Assembly: GCA_000934665.2 (NCBI GenBank)
Contig: KZ538482.1
Location: 46,893 to 66,892, forward strand
Length of the DNA: 20,000 nucleotides
Source: Catajapyx aquilonaris
Taxonomy: Eukaryota
Reading direction: 5' to 3'
Shown: positions 9,601-17,800 of the stretch, piece by piece
Layout of the letters: the number at the start of each line of letters is the position of its first letter
How positions within the stretch are numbered: position 1 is the stretch's first letter
Made by a program: the position numbers and the translations under genes
The notes under the pieces: generated by a model
Told to the model about the DNA's origin: nothing
What the model saw: the letters and a program-made list of their open reading frames with translations, nothing else
The model's database searches: none

Positions 9601-10184
9601 GTTGGGTAGTGTACTTTTAAATTGCCTTTTATTCATCCCTAGGCTTGACGATGCACGCCACCATTCTGGCGTATATGTTCAGCTTAGTGGAGATGGGAAA
9701 GGTGACTGTGGCACTTAATCCGGCGCTGCAGGGCCCTGGAGTTCCCTTCAACAACGTGGCATACGTGCAGGAATGCGTAGCCGGCCTCTTACGCATGGCC
9801 TTTCCCCACCTCAACGACGACCAGATTAAGATCACCGTCCAGGGGTTTTTCAACCTTGACCAGGACATTGCAGCCTTCAAGGAGCACCTCAGGGACTTCC
9901 TTGTGCAGATAAGAGTGAGCATTTGGCTGCTTTGTTCATTAGGAGCCTAGCTTAGGCTGCCCTAGTTCCATAAGTGGGACATGTTTCTGTTACGGGTTGC
10001 TGATTGTGTGTTTTTTTTTTTTCTTTTCTTGCCAAAGGAGTTCACAGGAGAAGACAACTCAGACCTGTACCTGGAGGAAAGGGAGGGCGCTCTGAGGAAG
10101 GCGCAAGAGGAGAAGAGGCGCATCCAAATGTCTGTTCCCGGCATCCTCAATCCACATGAGATGCCGGAGGAGATGCAGGACTAG
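3530..10184 (+). CDS. XPO1: Exportin-1 (CRM1/embargoed), complete spliced CDS: join(3530-3637,4312-4486,4553-4659,4736-5086,5817-6299,6418-6660,6760-6994,7920-8218,8409-8948,9140-9265,9331-9457,9643-9914,10038-10184), 1070 aa
   Basis: All introns are GT-AG with consistent phases, total 3213 nt. Hallmark motifs: [56 protein letters not shown] (acidic loop), [15 protein letters not shown] (NES groove), [35 protein letters not shown]. Confidence 0.97.
4312..4486 (+). CDS. XPO1: XPO1 coding exon 2
   Basis: ttacag|[18 protein letters not shown]...RNQCE, donor g|gtaaaa. Confidence 0.95.
4553..4659 (+). CDS. XPO1: XPO1 coding exon 3
   Basis: tttcag|(G)[15 protein letters not shown]...LNMILVQ|gttagt. 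Confidence 0.95.
4736..5086 (+). CDS. XPO1: XPO1 coding exon 4
   Basis: ggtag|[10 protein letters not shown]...LISTLIYK|gttggt. Confidence 0.95.
5482..5610 (+). ncRNA. Candidate intronic box H/ACA snoRNA (SNORA69-like), possibly degenerate
   Basis: Hairpin with 8-bp basal stem gaagcatg/catgcttc, an internal loop containing tgcaatt (antisense to the conserved 5.8S rRNA GUGAAUUGCA), upper stem accct/agggt, H-box AAACTA (5555-5560) and a second hairpin 5564-5603. The terminal box reads ACG rather than ACA. Confidence 0.35.
5817..6299 (+). CDS. XPO1: XPO1 coding exon 5
   Basis: ctgcag|[20 protein letters not shown]...YGPVLSK|gtccgt. Confidence 0.95.
6418..6660 (+). CDS. XPO1: XPO1 coding exon 6
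   Basis: gtgcag|[14 protein letters not shown]...EWSWKNLNT|gtgggc. Confidence 0.95.
6760..6994 (+). CDS. XPO1: XPO1 coding exon 7
   Basis: ttgcag|[12 protein letters not shown]...KLFEFMH, donor g|gtaagt. Confidence 0.95.
7920..8218 (+). CDS. XPO1: XPO1 coding exon 8
   Basis: ttgcag|(E)[11 protein letters not shown]...IIGQASK|gtaagg. Confidence 0.95.
8409..8948 (+). CDS. XPO1: XPO1 coding exon 9
   Basis: acgcag|[12 protein letters not shown]...RTNFFLLLQ|gtctgt. Confidence 0.95.
9140..9265 (+). CDS. XPO1: XPO1 coding exon 10
   Basis: ttacag|[10 protein letters not shown]...NVADTGLQ|gtcagt. Confidence 0.95.
9331..9457 (+). CDS. XPO1: XPO1 coding exon 11
   Basis: cgacag|[42 protein letters not shown], donor g|gtacgg. 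Confidence 0.95.
9643..9914 (+). CDS. XPO1: XPO1 coding exon 12
   Basis: cctag|(G)[12 protein letters not shown]...LRDFLVQIR|gtgagc. Confidence 0.95.
10038..10184 (+). CDS. XPO1: XPO1 coding exon 13 (terminal)
   Basis: ccaaag|[16 protein letters not shown]...[10 protein letters not shown]. Confidence 0.94.
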   Translation, partial: EFTGEDNSDLYLEEREGALRKAQEEKRRIQMSVPGILNPHEMPEEMQD

Positions 10185-11838
10185 AAGGGAAAAAAAACAC
10201 GTTCTCTACACTCTTTTTTTATTTTATTATCATTAATTATTACCATTCTATTTTTGACCTTGTTCATCGACCTCCCCACTCAGAAAAAAAGGGAAAAAGA
10301 TACATGGGATATGAATGCACTTTTGCGGGAGGAACCGGCATGCGATCGATGATGGATGCTGCTTTTTTTTTTAGTGTGGTGAGTGCGTCGAAGCAAGTTT
10401 ACAGTGTGGGTGGGTGTTGTGTGTGATTGTTGTTTTCCCGCTTCTCCCCATTGTTACCCTCTACTCCCCCCCAACCCGCGTACTTTCCCGGTTTTCTTTT
10501 TGAATTTTCGGTTGTTTTATTTGGACACGAGTAGCTCTGATTGCTGCATTGTTGTGGGGGAAAGGCTGGTACTGGAAAGTGATAAGTTTTGCCAGGCCAC
10601 AACATTGACAAAAAAAGGGGGCTGCATTTTTTATTATTATAATATTGCAAAGTCACTTATACAGGGTGGTTATTCCTAAGGCAGTTTACACGATTCAAAT
10701 GCGAACTACATGTGCAAGTGCGTGAAAAAGTGGAAGAATGGATGATGGGCCCCCCCCCTCCCGAAGTCGCAGAGTACAAACCAGGGATCCATAAGTGACA
10801 GCAGAGCAACCATAATCTCGGCATCGACTGAATGCGAAACTGGAATAGCTAGGTTTGAAACCACCCCAGTGCAGCACTTTATTCCCCCTCTTCCCCCTCA
10901 CTATTATATAGCTTTATGGAAGTTGGTTCCTACCCTGAAGTCACCCCCTTCTTTTTTTAAAAAACAAAAACTTGTCTCCTGCCCCCATTACTCGCTTCCC
11001 TAATGTCGCAGCACACACTATAGGTCGTAGGCGAGAGTGAGAAAATTTGTGTGTCCACACGTGCAGAATTTTTTGAAGCGAAACGTGAGTTTATCCGACT
11101 CCTTCCCCCCTCTCCACCTGTTATGGATGTGAAAATGGAACTGGTAAGAAGGAAAGTGGTGTGTGGTTGATGAGTGATGACTCGGAAAAAAAGTTTTTTT
11201 TTTTAAAAAAAAGAACCCTCCAGTTGGTGGAAGCGTGTGTGTCGATGTGTGCGTGTGTACTGGGTTCGCGTGTGTTATGCTCTCTTCCGGAGCAAAGATT
11301 CCTGATGTATTTATTAGCTTGTTAACCCTTGGAGGGGGGTTGGTGTCGATTTCACATGAACTTAAAAAAAAATCATCCCCTCCGCCCACTCCTGTGTATG
11401 CCTGCGATTCATTTTTAATCTTTCTCTCAGGGTCATCTCTCCCCCGATAGGAATTACATTTTATTGATAATTAAATACCGAGTCGGTTCGGTCTTGGGAA
11501 TGAAAAATTTTTGGTACCATTTATAAAGCTAAAAGGGTTTAGCACGATTGAGAGAAACTGAGAGACTCCCTCCCACTCCCGACATCCCTTGACATATTCA
11601 AAATAAAACCATCTTTTCACACAATTTTTGTTTGAGCAAAAACCTGCATTTTCCCCCTTTCTGTTGTAAGAAAGCGGGAACAGGTGTGGACAAAAGGGAG
11701 CCCCCTCCCTCAATCTCCTCCCACCCACCCTCCACCCTCCTAACCCTTTTTTCTCCTATCCACATTTTTTTTTTTTTTTCAATTAGTGTGTGTTAGCGTT
11801 GCCACTTTATGTGTATGTTTGTCAGACCAAAAAGGAAA

Positions 11839-11844
11839 AATAAA
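11839..11844 (+). promoter_or_regulatory. Candidate XPO1 polyadenylation signal (alternative at 11602-11607)
   Basis: AATAAA at the end of ~1.65 kb of UTR-like, homopolymer- and GT-rich sequence. Confidence 0.4.
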
Positions 11845-13738
11845 AAGTAATTTTACAGAACAAAAAGTGAACATCTGGGCTCGGCTTATGTTAACCCTAG
11901 TTCATTTCTTCGTTTGGCAGTGGCTTACGGCTGGTTGCACCGAGCACGGTATATGATAAACCAGTGGTTCTTTTGGAAGCGCATACAACTTTGTATGGGT
12001 TTTCCCAAATGAACCGCAGGTTTATCGTATAAAGCGCTCGGTGCGACCGGCCCTTAGGAGCGTTTAGAGAGGAGTGTGTGAGAGAAAGTGAGGGCTTCTC
12101 CAATTATTATTTTTTTAGCTGATCAGAAGCACAGTACTGAGCGAGCATGTCTTTGATGTACTTTTGGTGTGATTGTTGCTATTCCCAAAATTGAGCCAGT
12201 GATTTGCATTTTTGATTTGCTGGGAATTGAGGCAGCGTTTAGGAACTGTCCCGATCATGTTTCTGAGCAGTGGTAATTGATTTTCCCATTGTGTTGGAAC
12301 CTGAAAAGTGTATTGGAATGCAATAAATATGAATTACATCAAAATAAAAAAATATTGGTTATGACAAGAAAGTCATACTTGGGACACTTCGACCTACAAG
12401 CAGTTGGGCAGAGCAACAGGATGGGCCACCTTGTAGGGTATGAAACACAGGGTGGAATTATTGCAAGATTTCCATCCACTCGTGATGTAATGTACTTTAC
12501 AGGTTGAACACGGGTTGAACCGTGCAATTTTTCCAACGACGATGGGCAAACACAATATTAATCTATTTCTCGGAAAGTACGACGATTTCAGCAAATTCAT
12601 CTGGCATGGTTCTCATGGTTGTTTTGTGCTGGACATTATTTGGTTGGATATCTGGAATATTTGGGTTTTAATGTTTTTTAAAAGTCGCATTTTAATATTT
12701 TAAAAAATCATAAACAAGTAATATTTTTTCAGACATTTTTTTTCGCAGTTTGAATGGTGAGCTTCAATGTTCACCGAGCATGTGCTCCCACCTATCCTGC
12801 GATCCCCCAACTACTAACAGAAGCCCCCACGAGACATTATCTGCTTTTATCGCCACTTACTATACCATAAGCAGTTTCAAAAATGATAACCACACACTTG
12901 CTAATTACGGATAAGCAAGTCGTGCAAATAATTATAATGAGAGTTACCCATGTAGCACACTGAGGACATCGCAAGTCACATGATGTCTGCGGGAGGGTTG
13001 ATCTCGTTCTTATCTGTCCAAATTTATATCGCGTTTCTCAAAGTCTTAAAATTAGATCTGATGGTTGACCCCCTGACAGGAATGTCCTCAACTATTTGGC
13101 AGCCGACATGCTTCCCCCAAACCCGTCCCAAATCAACCGGATATATCAGCAAAGTACAGGATCCGGCATCTGTTTTAACACCCCCATCCTATTTATACCG
13201 AAGAGACAAAACCAGACTGCCTGTCTTTGACCTCCCCCTTTTGAAATCCAGTTACCAACCCGGATAACACCCACCTGTAAATCCCTCCTGAAGGCCAAAC
13301 CGATAGTCCTCCCCTAAAATGCTAAAATGGGAGCCAAATGCGTTGGCTTTTCCCCGAAAACCTGATCCGAAAATTCCTATCTCCTTCCCCCCCACAACCA
13401 TTCACCTTTTCAAAAATCTTCAAAGCGTCTAGCCCAAGGCTAAAAAACCACGTTTTTGAGTCGCGCTCATTCATAAACTATGCATGATTTTTAGATGCGT
13501 CTCAATCGCGATTATTTCGCTCCGGATGATTTTGACTCGCCGATTGGGTAACCCGTAGCTAAAATGGGAGGAGACTTTGTTAGGGGTTGGAGTCTGCTCC
13601 ATTGGACGGGAGACGACACGCCTCCTCCCGCCTGCGTGATAAGGACCGTCACTTTGAGGTATATATCCATCATCATTAATTGGGAGGCAAAACTTGACAA
13701 TTAATCATAATCAAACATTAGCGCACTGTGCTGGACAT

Positions 13739-14116
13739 GGGGACCACTTGGGGGATTTGCAAATATGCCAACATGACATTAATGGTGCCGTACTGGTGGC
13801 GCCACCAGTAGATGACGGCAAATTTATCGCTGTTTTTCCGCCGTGGATGGTGGCACCACCAGTCAACTACTGCATGGTGTCGTACTGGTGGCGCCACCAT
13901 TTTTCCTCAGTCGTCTTGTGGCGCCACCAGTAGTTGACTGGTGGTGCCACGATCCAACAGCGGAAAAACAGCGATAAATTTGCCGCCATCAACTGGTGGC
14001 GCCACCATCACACGCATTTTTCCGCAGTCGGCTTGTGGCGCCACCAGTAAGACACTATACAGTAGTTGACTGGTGGCGCCACACGTTGACATATTGCCAA
14101 ACTCCAAGTGGTCCCC
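13739..14116. repeat. Nested foldback/MITE-like element A with eight GTGGCGCCAC palindromic cores
   Basis: Outer inverted repeat 13739-13775 / 14082-14116; inner ~80-bp inverted repeat 13794-13872 / 13928-14007; cores at 13796, 13850, 13888, 13918, 13941, 13996, 14035 and 14073. Confidence 0.85.
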
Positions 14117-14352
14117 GCAACCGGCCCATAGGTTTGTGTATCCGCTGAATATAGGGATGTATCCGCAAGGAAGGTTATGGCCGGTTGGGGGCATCCCTTG
14201 GGCAATATGTCAACCGGTCTTCCTATATAATTATAGTCTAGGGGGACTAACCTTCCGGATACAGCCCTATCTTCAGCGGATACAGCCATATCGTCAGCGG
14301 ATACACAAACCTGCCGGTTGCGGCGACCACTACTTTGGGGGTTTGCATATGT
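14107..14352. repeat. Foldback element B overlapping element A, with ~21-bp subterminal repeats
   Basis: agtggtccccgcaaccggc..aggtttgtgtatccgctga pairs with tcagcggatacacaaacctgccggttgcggcgaccact; unit (cag)cggatacagccctatctt occurs three times on the right arm and twice inverted on the left. Confidence 0.8.
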
Positions 14353-14645
14353 GCGTCAGGCTGCTGGGGTGAACAATCCATTTTGGAGGACAATAACTGC
14401 ATGTAATATGTACATAATCTTGAGCAATACCTGGAAGTAGGCGTGGCTTTTCAGTGTTCCCGCCCACTTTTTCCAGCCCTCCCTCCCCCCCTTTTCCCAC
14501 CCTTCCTCCCGCCCCCTTTTTTTCACCAGACCCCTCATCTGGAAGGCAGCACTTCAGTCCAAGCCGTATTATCCGGGTGGTTAGTAGTTGGCTGGGGTCC
14601 TCGCCGAATACAATATCTTTTTTTTAAAAAAAGTGTTCCGTGGGA

Positions 14646-14847
14646 ATGGTGGAGACAAGCACTGCGGCTGCCGCGGGGTCGGCGGCTTCCCAACAGAGGA
14701 CTATCAGCAGCTTAGGAAGCAACAGTAGGTCATCAGGGTCTTGGCCTTTGAGTGCGGCTGTGGCTCTTCTGCAGCATCCGCATCACCATCATCACCAGCA
14801 GCAATTGGGATTGCTGTTGGCGCATCACCAACAGCATATGCCTGCAG
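14646..14847 (+). CDS. gsc: gsc coding exon 1
   Basis: [11 protein letters not shown]...[11 protein letters not shown]...QHMPA, donor g|gtaggt; a 61-nt intron joins in frame to exon 2. Confidence 0.75.
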
Positions 14848-17800
14848 GTAGGTTCACACACACTAGTTGTTGCTCTTTAACAACTTAACATTGCTGTGTT
14901 TCCTTCAGGGCGTGTTCAGGAGGAAGATTCAGACCACCGGAACACCGGTCGCAACTCACTTCTGGGCATTGCAGCGGCCGCTCTGATGGAAGAGTCACTC
15001 CGATTTCCATTGTTGCCTGCTTCTTCCTCAACATCTTCACCACCACCGCCGCCTCCTCCACCCCATTCTTTGGCCTACCTACCAACATTCCCATGCTACC
15101 TCAACACATCATCACCATCACCATCATCCTCCCAACAACAGCCAACATCCCAACGACCATCATCCGGCTCATCACTCTTCTCAATCGAGCGAATCCTGGC
15201 TCCAACCCCATCCATGCCAACCCAGCATCACCAACAGCACCCACATCACCCACATCACCATCCACATCACCCCCGTCTCCCAACCACCATCCTTCTACCA
15301 CCACCAACATTACCGTTTCATCCAATCGCAAACTTCCCATCATCCGCAGATTTTCTAGGTAAGTCGATTTTAAGCGCATGATTGCTCAAAAACGTGATTA
15401 GATCGCGGATAATTAATTGGCGATAAAAGTACAGGGTGGCACAGTTAGTTTCTTGTTGATATCGGCGAACCCGACCAATACAGCATTGTACTATAACGAT
15501 AAAAAAGATTGTCGTGTGAACACGACAATCTTTTTTATCGTTATAGTACCACCATTGGTGTCCGCGGGAATCTTTTTCCGCGGCATTCTTTTTACGTGTT
15601 ATAGTAACGGAACTTATCGAAAGCTTCTCCCCTCTTGAAGATTACGCATTTTTTTTATTATTCTTCTTCAATTTCTATACACCGTAGCATTATAATAATG
15701 CTCTTATTTACTCTCGAATTCACGCCGCCTGAATGTTCAATGTGGCGACAACTTTTTTTAAAGGTATTGTCATATGGAAATGTCGAAAATCGGACTTAGT
15801 TCGGTTGCTTGCAAGTTTTTTTAAAAGTTTTGATCACATTATTTTTCTTCGGGTCTTATATTCGATCGTGACTCTTAATATTTTGGGGGGGTTTTGAAAG
15901 CCGGAAGTTGTCGCTTGACTAGGTAGTCGCTTGACTAGGTAGGCGACAGCACGAAATTTTTTTTACGGATGGGGAATAAATATGACGCTTAAAAATTTTT
16001 GCGATTTGTGTTCACACGGTGTCGTTTTAGTGCAGGGTCGATACGTCATTAATTATTTTGTAATTGAATAAACCATGTAAGATGTGCTTCCCCATTCATG
16101 TTTGGTAACAAACACATTACTATTGCATTACTCTGCCGGAGTTTCATGAAAAGTACGGTGCTAGTTATTTAGCTTTGTTTGGTTTGCGCCCACTGCAGAT
16201 ATGATCTACTGTGTACATATTTTTAAAAAGTACTCATTTTTTTAAAAAATGTTAAAAAAAATTCATTCGCGACCTAGGGCCCATTTTGCAAGTAACATTA
16301 CTATTTACTCTGCGAGATACAAGAAATGAAACTGGTATAATTAGCACTAGTAACGTACATTTTGTATTTTTAAGCAGGAATTAATGTGCCTACGCCGAAA
16401 GTGTGGATTGTTGACTCCAGCAACTGCCCTGAAATAATTAACAGTTTTGTAACCGCAATATTGATCCAATCAGCACTCAAAATCCTTTTTAGTATTTTTT
16501 TCCTGGGGCAAATTTTTTTTGATTGTAGACCATATGGGATCGGAGGGGTCCGCCATTTCCCAGTTGGATTGATGGCCCCCCTTGTTCCAACAGCTTTTTA
16601 ACATCTGCTGAGTGCTTCTTCCAGATCGAATTTCACACGTGGTGACAAATGCGGGTTTGGCCTCAAGTTTTATCTTATCACAGATTTTTGGGTAAGAGGA
16701 TGAGTTGTCGTCACCAGCAAAGCCACGCTGTCTGTAAATGCCATGGTATGTGGCAAATACCCTTGTGAGTAAAGCCGGAAAATGGGGCTAAAATTAGGGC
16801 ACTACGACCTTCAAGGAGACAAAGAATGGCCTTCAGTGTTTTCCCAATAGAAAGTTGTCTCAAAATTTATGGTTTAACTATTATTTTAAAATCACTAAAA
16901 AGAATAGTTGCTGAAATTTAACAATCGGTAGCTTATTTATCTGCAAACTCTTGGGAATTTGCGTTCACATTTTGTATAGGCGCGTACCATTTTCATATTC
17001 CCCCCAAAAAAATGTCTGATAGCATAATACCACACTGGTCAGGATTTTTTTTTTTTTTTACAAATTTTGTTATATACTTTCTACGAAAAAAAAAATCGTT
17101 CGTTCTACTAGTAACAAGGTACTTGATTAGTTTCTAGAATCATAGTAGCCCACCCCTTCCCACGATCTGCCATAAAAAAAAACGGGAGGCTTAGAAATTT
17201 GTAAAGTGCATATAAAATTCTACGTACACACTACATATCCTTTGGATGCATTTATAACCAGAGCAAACAAAATCAACTGTTCAAACACTACGCAGCAGCA
17301 GGTGAAATTCATATTTTTTTTTCTGTATTACCCCCCCCCCCCCCCCCNNNNNNNNNNNNNNNNNNNNNNNNNNNNNNNNNNNNNNNNNNNNNNNNNNNNN
17401 NNNNNNNGTTTTACCCCCCCCCCCCCCCCCACTCTGAACTTTTCATATTAGAAAATTTGATTTTTTTTCTCTACTTTTTTTCGTAGCACATTTTCGCACA
17501 TTTTTCGCAAGCTGAATAGCCTCGATTTCATATTTCAACCTTTAACTTGTGCCAATATTCATTCAAATTTTTCTCTCCCCCTCAAAAAAATATAATATTG
17601 TATAGCTCCCAGTTCCTACCAAGCTATAGAAATTTTTGGAGGGGGGGCCAGCCTAGGTCGATCAAGTTGTGAAAGCCTCTGGGCCGAATGTGCATAACTA
17701 ATGCTATGGGGGGGGGGGGGNNNNNNNNNNNNNNNNNNNNNNNNNNNNNNNNNNNNNNNNNNNNNNNNNNNNNNNNNNNNNCCCCTTTTCCCCCCCCCCC

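Noticed and set aside
13791..14082. CRISPR-like array (palindromic repeats separated by 13-45 bp)
   Set aside because: Spacers are not unique (they recur, often inverted), spacing is irregular, there are no cas genes, and the context is an intron-containing animal locus.
13694..14372. ORFs with repeated VAPPV / WWRH motifs
   Set aside because: These are by-products of translating the palindromic repeat on both strands; there is no splice or protein-family evidence.
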